Source: Mobula hypostoma
Lineage: Eukaryota
NCBI RefSeq assembly: GCF_963921235.1
Contig: NC_086100.1
Location: forward strand, 36,828,001 to 36,892,000
DNA: 64,000 nt
Reading direction: 5' to 3'
The notes below the pieces were generated by a model that saw only the letters and a program-made list of their open reading frames with translations, ran no database searches and had not been told where the DNA came from. Every line of letters starts with the position of its first letter. Positions within the stretch are counted from its first letter, which is position 1. The position numbers and the translations under genes were made by a program. Shown piece by piece: positions 24,397 to 37,529 of this stretch.

Positions 24397-25975
24397 CAAA
24401 CCCCATTTCCAGAAAATTTGGGATATTTTCCAAAATGCAATGAAAACAAAAATCTGATATGTTAATTCACGTGAACCTTTATTTAACTGACAAAAGTACA
24501 AAGAAAAGATTTTCAATAGTTTTACTAACCAACTTAATTTTTGTAAATATGCACAAATTTAGAATTTGATGGCTGCAACACACTCAACAAAAGTTGGGAC
24601 AGAGTTAAAATAAGATTGAAAAGTGCACAGAATATTCAAGTAACACCGGTTTGGAAGACTCCACATTAAGCAGGCTAATTGGTAGCAGGTGAGGTATCAT
24701 GACTGGGTATAAAAGTAGCGTCCATCAAAGGCTCAGTCTTTGCAAGCAAGTATGGGTCTTGGCTCACCCCTTTGTGCCAAAATTCGTGAGAGAATTGTTA
24801 GTCAGTTCAAAAGGAACATTTCTCAACGCAAGATTGCAGAGAATTTAGGTCTTTCAACATCTACAGTACATAATATTGTGAAAAGATTCAGAGAATTCAG
24901 AGACATCTCAGTGCGTAAGGGGCAAGGTCGGAAACAACTGTTGAATGCGCGTGATCTTCGAGCCCTCAGGCGGCACTGCCTAAGAAACCGTCATACTACT
25001 GTGACAATTATGGCCACCTGGGCTCGGGAGTACTTCGGAAAACCATTGTCACTCAACGCAGTCCGTCGCTGCATCCAGAAATGCAACTTGAAACTGTATT
25101 ACGCAAGGAGGAAGCCATACATCAACTCTATGCAGAAACGCCGGCGAGTTCTCTGGGCCCAAGCTCATCTCAGATGGACCGAAAGACTGTGGAACCGTGT
25201 GCTGTGGTCAGATGAGTCCACATTTCAGCTAGTTTTCGGAAAAAACGGGCGTTGAGTTCTCCGTGCCAAAGATGAAAACTACCATCCAGATTGTTATCAG
25301 CGAAAGGTGTAAAAGCCAGCATCTGTATGGTATGGGGGTGCATCAGTGCCCACGGCATGGGTGAGTTGCAGGTATGTGAAGGTACCATTGACTCTGAGGC
25401 ATATATTAGGATTTTAGAGAGACATATGTTGCCATCAAGGCGACGTCTCTTCCCGGGACGTCCATGCTTATTTCAGCATGTCAATGCCAGACCACATTCT
25501 GCATGGGCTACAACAGCGTGGCTTTGTAGACACAGAGTGCGTGTGCTTGACTGGCCTGCTGCCAGTCCAGATCTATCTCCTATTGAAAATGTACGGTGCA
25601 TCATGAAGAGGAGAATCAGACAATGGAGACCATGGACTGTTGAGCAGCTGAAGTCTTATATCAAGCAAGAATGGACAAAATTTCCAATTGCAAATCTACT
25701 ACAATTAGTATCCTCAGTTCCAAAAGGATTGAAAGGTGATGTACCACAATGGTAAACATGCCTCTGTCCCAACTTTTGTTGAGTGTGTTGCAGCCATCAA
25801 ATTCTAAATTTGTGTATGTTTACCAAATACAATCAAGTTGGTCAGTAAAACTATTGAAAATCTTTTCTTTGTACTTTTGTCAGTTAAATAAAGGTTCACA
25901 TGAATTAACATATCACAGATTTTTGTTCTTATTGCATTTTGGAAAATATCCCAACTTTTCTGGAAATGAGGTTTG
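24397..25975 (+). mobile_element. Full-length Tc1 (DD34E, IR/DR type) transposon, inactive
   Basis: TA TSD (24395-96, 25976-77); ~210-bp TIRs (24397-24604, 25762-25975) with inner and outer direct repeats (AAAAKTTGGGAYA). Transposase from ATG 24752 with HTH, WSDE, FQH(V)NARPH-34 aa-E in SPDLSPIEN; two stops, one frameshift, second catalytic D changed to V. Confidence 0.95.
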
Positions 25976-27195
25976 TATAATCATCCTAAGATAAGTTTTT
26001 TTCTGCAACGGCTATACAGTTTCAATCACTTCTAATTTCTTATACGTTAACTCTGAAGTTGCAATGGTTTTGTGAAGTGGTACATTACTCAGTGGACCAC
26101 TGTGTTACAACAGAAACCCAGAAGACAAACAACAAATAAGAACAGACACAACAATCTGAAATTTTAAACATCTGTCTCTGGATTTTACTTCTTTGCTTAC
26201 TTATCATTAATGATTAATATTTAGTCAATAGCAGACTCCTAACAGAACCTAGTGATTTGAAAGGATCAATTGGACTTCCAGTCAGACTGTTACATGAATT
26301 CCTCTTTCTGTATGTGAATTGCACCTAGCTAACTAAAATCAAACTTTATTAAATAGATGAAAATTAGCACCCTTTTCCAATTTTCTCTAGCTTCAAAACT
26401 CAAAACGACTCCCTCAAATAAAACTTTGGCCTGATAGTTGTGATAAAGGATTCCGGAAACAGCAATACTTGTACCAATGAACCTTACTCAAAGGACAGAG
26501 ATCTGATACTGTGTGATTTCAGTCGAGTCGTATCTAAGTTTCATAAACTCAGAATGAAAGAGAAGCCAGATCATCCATGATCTTATTGAATGGTGGAACA
26601 GGCTCAACAGGCCAGATGGTCTACTCCTGCTCCTATATCTTATGTTCTAAAATATAACAAATGAACTGAGGTCTAATGTCTTTAACTGTTTCACTTCACC
26701 AGTGCAGTAGGATTTCTCCTGAGATTAAGTATCATACAAGATTGGGAGATATATATTTTACATATATACAGTACTTTATATTTTAAAAAAAGGGGTAAAC
26801 TGCAGGTAGAACTGATTATAAATAATAGGATAAAAGCAGTAGAAAGAAAGGAGCTAAGAAACTGCAAAGGGTACAACACATATTGTCTATTGGCCCATAA
26901 ACAGTAATGTGAAGTGGTATTAAACAATGGCAATGCTTTTCTCGGGTTTTCAACCTCTGGTTTTCTCTTTCCCGCTTCCAGCCACAACTTCTGCCTCAGA
27001 TGCTGTTAGTTGCTTCACATTTTGTTGGGCAAGAAGAAAAACGTTAAATATGTTTGGAGAAAATTAACATTTATTATCCTATTGTCCATAAAGACATTGT
27101 GCATGTTACGAACAAAAAGCAAAAGGGACAACTACAAATTTTAAAGAAACATTTTACTTTGAAATCAGAAATCAAGAAACGTGTTTTGTCTACAG

Positions 27196-27312
27196 ATGTA
27201 AAGAAAAGAAGGCATACATGTTTTCCTGGATTGTTCTGCTTCTTGGGCAATACCAGAAGACGAAGAGAAGACTGGGATGTTAATAACATTCGGAATAGTA
27301 TTGAACAAGAAG
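27196..27312 (+). CDS. C2orf72: C2orf72 coding exon 2
   Basis: Acceptor ttttgtctacag|, donor GAAG|gtacat, phase 1-1, 117 nt; FPGLFCFLGNTRRRREDWDV resembles human [21 protein letters not shown]. Confidence 0.82.
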
Positions 27313-27889
27313 GTACATGAAAACGACAATATAACTTTGTTGAAAGATGTTAAATTTCGCATGTAAAATTTTGCTTTTGAAAATGAATTTTCCCTGCACT
27401 TCTACCAACATTTTTCTTTATTTACGTATTTATTTTTGATTCAGCATTCATCAGCCTACACAGCAGTGTATTCCAAATCCTAACCAGTCATTGCTTAATA
27501 TATTTGTTTCTTTGTGTCATCTTTGTTTTTCATTCAAGTTATTGACTTCTTTTAACCAGTGGAAGCAATTTTTCCTTACTCAGTCTGAATTCTTTATGAT
27601 TTTAAATATCTTCATCAAATGTTTTCTTAACCTTAATTGAAGTAAATGTGAAAAACACTAATTTCTCCAACCTGTTCACAAAACTCCTCATTTCTTTTGT
27701 GGAACCATTCTGTTAAATATTAAACGTAGCTGTTCCAAAACCTTCATATCCTTTGTACAGTGTGATGCTAAGAATTGGATCCAGTTCTCCAGTTCGACCA
27801 CATTGTTTTAAAATACTTATAGCATAACACTTTTTTGACAACAAAAAGGTTACATGGCCTTGTTATAACTGCCTATTCCATGTTTACTT

Positions 27890-29120
27890 AGAGCAGTCCG
27901 TATTGCAAACCTAAACAGACCAATCCCTAACTCATCCTTCGCTACGTCGTTGTGCATTGATGTCACTTCCTGTATCCATGCAGAATCTTATCAATTTTAT
28001 CACCAACTTCTACTCTGCCCTCAAATTCACTTGGCCCATCTCTAACACCCCTTTCCCCTTTCTTGACCTCTGACTCTATCTCAGGACATAGATAATCCAC
28101 CAACATCTACGACAAACATTCTGACTCCCACAGCTACCTTGCTACACCTCCTCCCACCCTGTCACTTATATGGATGCCATTCCTCCTTCTCATTTGCTCT
28201 ATCTTCGCCACATCGGTTCTTGAGATGAGACCTTCCATTCAGGATATCAAAGATGTCTTCCTTTTTCAGAAAACAGGGTGCAACCCAACTATTGTTGATG
28301 GAACCCTCACTTGCATCTCCTCTGTTTTCTGAACTTCTGCCCTCACAGAAGGCGGAAAAGGAATAGAGTTCCCCAAGTCCTCACTTACCAGCCCACCAGC
28401 CTACGCATTCCAGCATACCATTCTTCAGACCTTCCACCAAAGACATGATCCCACCAGGACCTCATCTCCCCCTCCATAGAGACCACTCTCTCAGTGACTT
28501 CCTGTCTGTTCATCCCTCCACACCCATTTCCCTTCTGTCCCAGGCACTCTTCCTTGTAACCATTTGTCCCTACACCCCTTCCCTCACCACCATCTAGGCC
28601 ATAACAGCCCTCCCAGGTGGTGCATATCCCCCATCTGATGCTCCTGCTGTGGCCTCCTCTACATTGGCTAGACCGGACACAGACTGGCTGACCACTTTAA
28701 TGAGGATTTGCACCCCATTTGTTGTGACTTTCTGGAACTCCTGCTTGCCAGCCATTTTAATTCTCCTCCCCTTTCCCACACCTGCATGCCTATCGTCTGC
28801 CTCCACTTCCAAGATGAGGCTAAATACAAACTGTTGGATCAGCACATACTCTGTCCAGTTAGTTTCAAATCCGATGGTATGAACTGAAATTAGAGAATTT
28901 ACTGTAGCGCTTCCTCCCTGCCCACTTTCAATCTCATCCAGATCCACCTGCTCATAGTGTCTCTTTTCTCTTCTCCACCCTCTCCATCTGCCCTTCACTC
29001 ACACACTTCTCCCACTGGTTCTCCTCACCTACTATTCCCAACTGTCCTCTCCACCTTCTGTTTCTATCAGATTCTATTATCTTCAGCTCTTTCACTTCCA
29101 TCTATCACCTCCTAGCTTCT
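27890..29120 (+). mobile_element. Penelope-like element fragment
   Basis: Degenerate RT thumb (FPFLDL, YDKHSDSHSYL) through the GIY-YIG region (ctcctctacattgg). Confidence 0.7.
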
Positions 29121-30024
29121 GCCTATAAGCCATGATCCTAACGAATGGATTTACAACAGAGCCAACCTCCATGTAGACTAGTGCCCATCAGACTTGTAAT
29201 ATCAGCTACCATAAGTAAACTTGTGTGTGTGGAAGTTTGAACGCAAGTATTTTAAATGAGTTGTCTGTTCAATATGTGTTAGGAATTAATTCATGTTAAT
29301 TCTGCAGATAAATAATTTTGACTAATATAATTATTCTGCCACAACTTCTGCCCACTCGAGATTAGTTCATTTTTGAGAACCGAAACCTTCTTTAAATACT
29401 TAGATAATGTTGGGATGTGGTTTTGCATCATCTTGAGAACAGTATAAATTATATACATGGTGTGGGCTTGCAGTTATACCTATGGAAAACAGGGGTAGTA
29501 GAAAGTAGGTACTGTATCTTAGTCCTTTCCAAGTGCTAGCCCAAAATATGACTTCGAATTCAACCTCTGGATTGCTAATTGATTGCAACAACATATAGAA
29601 GAAGAAGAAGAAGAATATCTTTATTGTCATTGTTGTGGAGCAATGAAACACAGTTTAGCAGCTCAACGTTTTGCAACATGACAAAGAATATGTACACTGA
29701 ATATAGATATGAATACACTGAATCCCACTGAATATAGGGCAGCAGACTTGCCTACATGCTGATGCTCCTTAGTTGGGTGTGGATTGTGAAGGGGGGATGA
29801 TTTTTTTTGAAAAGGTTATTCCAGTTATAAATAAATATTGAGGATTAGGTTAATTTTTTTTTAAATAACCCTGCTATCTTCTGATCATTAGAATTTTTCC
29901 TAAAGCAATTTAGACATCTGGGTGTGTGATAGGTTGAAAATTTTGACTTAATAATTGTTTTAAAAGTCTTCTGTAAAATGAGTTGATGTTGCCTCTTTCC
30001 ATTTCCCACTGAATAAATCTTTTA

Positions 30025-30331
30025 ATTGTTGGCGCATGGCCATGTGGTTAAGGCATTCATCTAGTGATTTGAAGGTCGCTAGTTCGAGCCTTGGCTGAGG
30101 CAGCATGTGTGTCCTTGAGCAAGGCACTTAACCACACATTGCTCTGCGACAACAGTGGTGCCAAGCTGTATGGGTCCTAATGCCCTTCCCTTGGACAACA
30201 TCGGTGGCGTGGAGAGGGGAGACTTGCAGTGTGGGCAACTGCTGGTCTTCCATACAACCTTGCCTAGGCCTGCGCCCTGGAAACCTTCCAAGGTGCAAAT
30301 CCATGGTCCCATGAGACTAACGGATGCCTAT
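30025..30331 (+). mobile_element. tRNA-derived CORE-type SINE
   Basis: A box TGGCCATGTGG, B box GTTCGAGCC, CORE-like gtgtccttgagcaaggcacttaacc; 12-bp TSD ATAAATCTTTTA (30013-30024, 30332-30343). Confidence 0.85.
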
Positions 30332-30629
30332 ATAAATCTTTTATTAATGGTGTGGTCACAGAATGACACAGAGGCATGTTTTCCATATCAGTCCATTTCC
30401 CTTCTGACATTCAACTCTACCTCTTTGTAAAAAGCCTGACTTCATATCTACTGCTTAAAAAATGGGAAAATATTCTGTTTTTGTCTGTCATATTAATGAG
30501 TATGTCAAACAGAATGACGGAAAACTGACAATGTGTAAATTTGGAATCTGTATGACTTGCAAACAAATGATAAATTCATAATCATATTTGAAATAGTATT
30601 TCACATTATCTTAATTATACATTTTCTAG

Positions 30630-30766
30630 GTATATCGAAGCATGTTGAGAACGACGTTGCTTCACAGCAATTGACAGTGGACGCAAACATGGCTGATGTT
30701 TGTAAAAGTGATCTGCAAATTGACACCAATGGAAATACCGCGCTGAACATTGAAACCGAAGTTTAA
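30630..30766 (+). CDS. C2orf72: C2orf72 coding exon 3 (terminal)
   Basis: Acceptor acattttctag|, phase 1, in frame to TAA at 30764-30766; spliced product is 301 aa, similar in size to the human protein; sequence itself poorly conserved. Confidence 0.7.
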
Positions 30767-31386
30767 ATAATTTGACCCTTTTTCTAAATCTGCATATTCA
30801 TTACAAAGTACTAGAATCTGCTGAGAAAAGCAAATTATATAGCTAACTTTCCACAAGTGATATTTCCCATTTCTGATTCTATTAGTTGGGAAGAGTTGTT
30901 ATTTCAAAACAATGTGAAATGTATTATGAATATATACAAACAGTAGATTACATGGCTAACTATCAACAAGGTAATGGTATGCGCATTCATTTTCTAGATT
31001 TGTTTTTCACTAAAATCCAGTTACCACTTGTAATAATAGTTGGAGTCCAAAGTTATGCTAGCCCACTACTATTGAATTAACTCTTGTTGACAATGACAAA
31101 AAGATGTATTTCTGCCTGGCTGACTTTAGCCAGATTTGCAAAAAAAGAGGAAAGGAAACTGTAAGAGGTCTCCTGGGAACCATTTGAAACCTCCTTCTCT
31201 TCTGTTATTATAATTTTTTTAATAATGTACTTGAATGAAAATTATTAAATAAAGACCATGAGGATACCTAATATACTATAGGGGTAAACCCATAATTTTC
31301 TAATACTATTTTAATATTTTAAAAAGAGGTTTGCATTGCGTCAGCAAACTTTTACCAACTAGTCTGCTGTTGATGTAACTTTTTAA

Positions 31387-31392
31387 AATAAA
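31387..31392 (+). terminator. Candidate poly(A) signal of C2orf72
   Basis: AATAAA followed by a GT/T-rich tract (gttagcttattcttgttacttgtttatt); an alternative AATAAA lies at 31248-31253. Confidence 0.4.
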
Positions 31393-31904
31393 GTTAGCTT
31401 ATTCTTGTTACTTGTTTATTCAGAAACAGAATATTGCCTGTTTAGAATAATTTTAATATAAGGGTTTTGAAATACTACATAACTACCTGTTGAAAAGTTG
31501 ATGCACAAAATTAAACATTTGAGAATCACTAACAGTATAAAATTGCAGTTTTAATAATGGTGTTGCCATTAAACAAAAATATGTAAAAGTGATTGGTTTG
31601 TGAACAAAACAGAAGTGGGCTCCCTTGAAGGCAGCAAATTTTGATCATGTTTACTATAGATGTATAGAGGAACTATTTTATCTTTTGGACAGAATTCTCT
31701 GCAAAACTGGAGGATTTGTTGTTTCTGAAAATGGCGAATGAGATGCAAACTCATTGCAGAGGTCTGAGTCAACATTGTCAGGTACTCCAAGTACAGGATG
31801 ACCCACACTTGGAAGAACATCACCACGAGTTGAGGTGCAGCACTGCACTACTAAAAATATTTATTTAGGGCCGTATTTAAAAAAAAAATAAAGAAATAAA
31901 TAAA

Positions 31905-32372
31905 GAGTGCAGAGGAGATTTACAAGGATGTTGCCTGGATTGGAGAGCATGCTTATGAGAATAAGTGAAGTGGACTTGGCCTTTTCTCCTTGGAGCAATG
32001 GAGGACAAGAGGTGTGTAAGATGATGAAAGGCATTGATTGTGTGGATAGCCAGAGGCTTTTTTCCAGGGCTGAAATGGCTAACACAAGGGGGCATAGGTT
32101 TAAGTTGCTTGGAAGTAGGTACAGTGGGGATGGCAGGGGTAAGTGTTTCACCCAGAGATTGGTGGGTGCACGGAATGCACTGCCGGTGATGGTAGTGGAG
32201 GCAGATACAATAGGATCTTTTAAGAGACTTTTAGATAGGTACATGGAGCTTAGAACAATAGAGGGCTTTGTGATAGGGTGATTCTAGGCAGTTTCTAGAG
32301 TAGGTTACGTGGTCGGCACAACATTGTGGGTGAAGGGCCTGTAATGTGCTGTAGATTTCTATGTTCTATGTT
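31905..32372 (+). mobile_element. CR1 LINE 3' end (5'-truncated)
   Basis: QRRFTRMLPGL...SFKRLLDRYM and tail gaagggcctgtaatgtgctgtagatttctatgttctatg. Confidence 0.9.
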
Positions 32373-32464
32373 GTAATTGTCCATTCAATTGGGTTGCTAG
32401 ATATTTGAGTATACACGTAAATGAAATATAAAATTATCAGCTGATTACACACCAACATAATCAG

Positions 32465-32860
32465 ATGGTTCTGAGGCTATACTGGCTGGAGTTCAGAAGA
32501 AAGAGAGGGGATCTCTTTGAAACCTATTGAATATTGAAAGGGTTTGATGGAGTGGATGTTTCCTGTAGTAGTTCAGTCTGGGCCCAGAGGGCATAGCCTC
32601 CGAATGGAGGGATGTCCATCTAGGACAGAGTTGAGAAATTTCTTTAGCCAGAGGAATTCATTATCACAGATGGCTGTGGAGACGGAGTATACGTAATATA
32701 CTTAAAGCGAAGGTTAATAGCTTCTTGATTAGTCAAAGGTAACAGGGAATAGACAGGTGATTGGATTTGAGAGAGCTAATAAATCAGCCATGATGGAATG
32801 GCAGAACTGACTAAATGGGCCAAATGGCTTAATTCTGCTCCCAAGTCTTTATGGTCTAAT
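32465..32860 (+). mobile_element. CR1 LINE 3' end, older subfamily
   Basis: ctggagttcagaagaaagagagggg...gggccaaatggcttaattctgctcc tail. Confidence 0.7.
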
Positions 32861-35800
32861 ATTATTAGTCCCTACTGCATTTATGATAGCCTATTCATTA
32901 CCAGTTTGGACTAAAATACTTGAAATGAAGTTGAATCCCATTTACTTAAATCCATTTTGTGTCTTAGTTCATCAGCAAATTTAGATTACGCAGATAGTTT
33001 TACCAACTCCATTTATATCTATACAATTTAGGCAAAATTGTTTCAGTAATTTAACTTATTTCAGTAATTTAACTTAAAAAAGCAATAGAGGTATATGTAA
33101 TTTTTAATTGTTTCAACAATGGAGAGTGGGGATCATTTTGTGTAGATAAACCTGGGCACGTTAATACTGACACCAAGAAATTGGAAGTTAATTTATCACT
33201 CAAGTGAAGCTATTAATAAACTAAGCTAAATAAATGAGTCATCTTTTATTTTTCTAGAGGGATAATTTATTTTGAGGATGGGTGGGCTTTGTTTTTCCAC
33301 AAGGAAAATCTACATAAAAATCTTTTTTAATCCATTTACATTTTATAGCTATTGAATTTCTACATAATGTCTAATTCGTCTAAAACTTAGGTCCACAATA
33401 GGAATTCAGATATTTTACATTAATCAAATACGAAACAGTATTTCAGAGGGAATTAGTTTTAAAACTTTCTTAAAAATTTTCTTTTACTCTCAATAATGAA
33501 CTCTATTGGAAAAGTACATGTTTCCTAAATGAAATCTATCCATGTACTGTAATGAAATGTATATATGAATCACTAAATAATTTAGATAGTATTGATCATT
33601 TTATGGCAATTTCTGCTTTCACTGACTGGCACTGACAATCTAAAGTAAACTGTCTATGTTCAATGTGTTTCTAAGGTGAGAAAAAAATCAGTATAAAATA
33701 CTTCAAATCAATAATAAAATACATCAATACATCAGACTCTGGATCTTTTAAAACTAAAGTATGAAAATACTTTTATTAGCCATTTTGACACATAGCTTTT
33801 ATAGATTGTTCTTAATATAACCCTAAATGAAAGTCTTAAAAAAATTCTGAGGCACTTCTACATTTATGAATCAGTTGAAATAATAATAAAGAAATTACTC
33901 AATAGCTTTCACCGATCTAAAACAAATTGGGTAACAATCCCGTGGTTTAGCTAATTTAAATTAAAGAAGAAAATCAGTAAAGGATTATGTAATTTTCACT
34001 TGCTTCAACAGAAGAGATAATTTGATACTTAACAAAACAAAAATCATTTTTAGGTTGTTTGTACAGAGTCCAATTGTCTGCACTTCGGGTGGCTTTTGAA
34101 ATACTACATCAATAGGAAGAAAATCGTATAAAAGTGAGAACTTACAACCAGGTAACTTAACATTGTTTAATAATAGTTCAAGACTCTTGAGCAGATACTC
34201 TAGTAATCAACACAAAAACCCTGGATGAACTTAGCAAGTCACATAGCACCTACAGAAGAAAATGGACAGCCAATGTTTCAGGTCCAGATGACTTAGAGGG
34301 AAAGTAACTGGTATATTTTTTAAAAAAGCAGAGGGAAAAGAGGATTAAGAGCTACACCAGTCCTGAGGAAGGATCTTGATCCAATACATTGACTCTATTC
34401 CTTTCCGTAGATGTTGGCTGACCTGCTGAGTTCCTCCAGTATTTTGTGTGTGTAATTCTGGATTTCCAGCATCTGCAGAATCTCTTCTGTTTATGGAGAT
34501 AGAACTGGCAAGTGATAGGTTCTCTATATTCAAATGACTGACTAATGTTCCTGCTGGGACACAAGATAGAATGATCAATTGGGTAAAGTATCAGAGAGCA
34601 ACTTGTGCTCCCCAGCAATAAGTCAAATGTTTTCAGAGAAAGAATGAAGTCAGATTGCAGTCTGTTTGCTGTGAAGCATCAGTTTATATATTCTGCCATA
34701 ATACTAATATTTCCATTAGTTTGTAAGATCTGCATTAAAAACAAATGAACAGAAATTCTTCTTCCAGATACACTTCAAACTTTTTGAATCAAATTACTCA
34801 AACTGAAAAAGTATCAGAGTGATTTGTATGTGATGCTTGATTAAATTAAATCTTCCATTGAAATAGTGATGGAACTAATGTATTAACGGTAAGCTAATGC
34901 AACATTTGCACCTTCACTAATATGACAGGATTACTTGAGAAAGCAGTATTTATTCACACCTATATATTTTCAAGTGATCTAAATGGAACCCGATTATAAA
35001 TAATATGTATTTTCCGTGATTCAATGACAGTTACATCTTTAATGAGTCAAAACTAAATTATCAAGGTTTATCCTGTGAGGTTAAATTTTGAATTTTAGAT
35101 ATATTGAGTACTGAAAATATTTGGAGTGGAGTATAATTCTTATACAGTATTATTTTCTATGAGAAAAGTAGTGGGAAATTAAGGATTTGCTCTTCACTAA
35201 TTATTTAAGCTTCATTCATCAGTCAACCTTGTATACACTTTATTCTGTATTTTACTGTGTTCCCTTTGGGTTTAGTTTATGAAATTGAGATACTGTAACT
35301 CCACTATTTTCAGAACAAAGATACTGTGAGCATTAATTAAAATCCTTGACAATTTGACAAAGCTTCATTAATTCTCAGCCACACACCAATGGCAAGATAA
35401 TTTATATTAAAGGGAAAGGCCATCAAAAACATTAGTAGTAAAATTATAAAATTACCAGTCTAGTTACTCTTAAGAGTAATTGGAGATCCCCTAGCTTTTT
35501 TTCCTCTGAGTATATTTCCTGGTTGATAATTGGTGCACCTGTAATAAGGAAAGAGCGTGTAGTAAGACAGGAGTACTGTCAACTTTGTTATTTATTTAGC
35601 GATACAGCGTGGATTGAATTGAATTGACTTTATTTTGTACATCCTTCACATACTGAGTAAAAATCTTTACATCTCCTTCTGAATGTGCGATGTGCAAATT
35701 ATAGTAATTTGTAATATGTGCAGTAAGATACAGTATACAACAGAATAGTCAATATAGCTTTGAAATACGATTGTGTCAGCGTGAATTAATCAGTTTGATG

Positions 35801-35914
35801 GCTTGGTGGAAGAAATCGTCCCAGAGCCTGTTGGACCTGGCTTTAATACTGCGCAGGCAGTAGCTGGAACAGTTTGTGGTTGGGGTGACTCCGGTCCTCA
35901 ATGATCCTTCAGGC

Positions 35915-36150
35915 CTTTGAACCACGTCGGCTCAGCAACTCCCGATTATATCCTAACCTAATCATAGGACAATTTACAATGACTAATTAACCCGCCCGGT
36001 ACGTGTTCAGGCTCTCTTTAAACTGGAGCACCCAGGGAAAACCCACGCATTCCACGGGGAGGACTATGGAATCTTTACAGATGACACCAAAATTGAACTC
36101 CGAAATGCCCTGAGCTGTGACAGTGTCGTGCTGACCGCAACGCTGTCTTG
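35915..36150 (-). mobile_element. HE1/V-type tRNA SINE
   Basis: Minus strand gcgtgggttttccctgggtgctccagttt V-domain motif downstream of a decayed tRNA head; related + copy at about 40520-40680. Confidence 0.6.
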
Positions 36151-36217
36151 GCGTCCTAATCCAAAAGTGTCTATACAACATGAACTGTTTGATAAAGGGT
36201 CAATTCTTAACATCATG

Positions 36218-36942
36218 GTAATCCTCATCGAGGGATCAGAAGTGGAGAGAGTGAGCAACTTCAAGTTCCTGGGTGTCAAGATCTCTGAGGATCTGACCTG
36301 GTCCCAACATACCGATGTAGTTATAAAGAAAGCAAGACAGCGGCTATACTTCATCAGGAGTTTGAAGAGATTTGGCATGTCAACAAATACACTTAAAAAC
36401 TGCTACAGTTGTGCCGTGGAGAGCATTCTGACAGGCTGCATCACTGTCTGGTATGGAGGGGCTACTGCACAGGACTGAAAGAAGCTGCAGAAGGTTGTAA
36501 ATCTAGTCAGCTCCATCTTGGGCACTAGCCTACAAAGTACCCAGGTCATCTTCATGGAGCGGTATCTCAGAAAGGCAGCGTTCAATATTAAGGACCTCCA
36601 GCACCCAGGGCATGCCCTTTTCTCACTGTTACCATCTGGTAGGAGATACAGAAGCCTGAAGGCACACACTTAGCAATTCGGGAACAGCTTCTTCCCCTCT
36701 GCCATCCGAATCCTAAATGGACATTTAATCTTTGGATACTACCTCACTTTTTAAAAAATATACAGCATTTCTGTTTTTGCACGTTTAAAAAAATCTATTC
36801 AATATATGTAATTGATTTACTTGTTTATTTGTTATTATTTAATTTATTATCTTTTTCTCTGCTAGATTATGTATTGCATTGAACTGCTGCTAAGTTAACA
36901 AATTTCACATCACATGCCGGTGATAATAAACCTGATTCTGAT
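36218..36942 (+). mobile_element. Rex1/Babar LINE 3' end
   Basis: VERVSNFKFLGVKISEDLTW...KARQRLYFIRSLKRFG...ESILTGCITVWYG, plus 3' UTR tail aataaacctgattctga. Confidence 0.9.
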
Positions 36943-37529
36943 AGACGTGATTATAAAATTGCAGATACAGACCTACAACTTTTAAAGTCGTGAATATTCA
37001 ACCTAAATATCAAGAGTTATATAAATTTTAACTAACGAATAGGTGACAAATCTAATTTGTATAGTACAAATAAAAGTACATTTAAGTTTTCTGAATAGGT
37101 TTGTTGCTTTTATCACAGATCAATAGATTGAAACAATGCACAAATCAATTACAGTATTGAGTATTGTGATAGGTATCTAAGTGTATATCGCCATCAAGTG
37201 GCATAATACAAACGAATCTCGTTTTTGCCAGCAATGAATTCCTGGGCTATGGCAGACTTGCGAGAGCTGTGAAAACGTTTCCATTGTTGGAAGACAGGAC
37301 AATAAATGTAATTAAAGGGATTAAAGTTATTTATAAATAAGGAGAGAGTGCCCGACGCCAGTCCCCTAGGCCTGAGTCGACGTAGTAGTAGAGAGTGATT
37401 CTGAAAAAATACGTTGTTTACAGTTACTGCATCCCGTTGTTTAATACTTAATCATTACATACAATATGACAGGTTTCAAGGTAACTATATTCAAACTATA
37501 TTAGTATTTTTATATCAAAAACAGATTAA

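Noticed and set aside
30031-30100. tRNA gene
   Set aside because: A/B boxes only; no cloverleaf, followed by a SINE body and TSD
34054-34151. AG...GT-bounded exon-like segment
   Set aside because: Stops in all three frames and no host transcript evident
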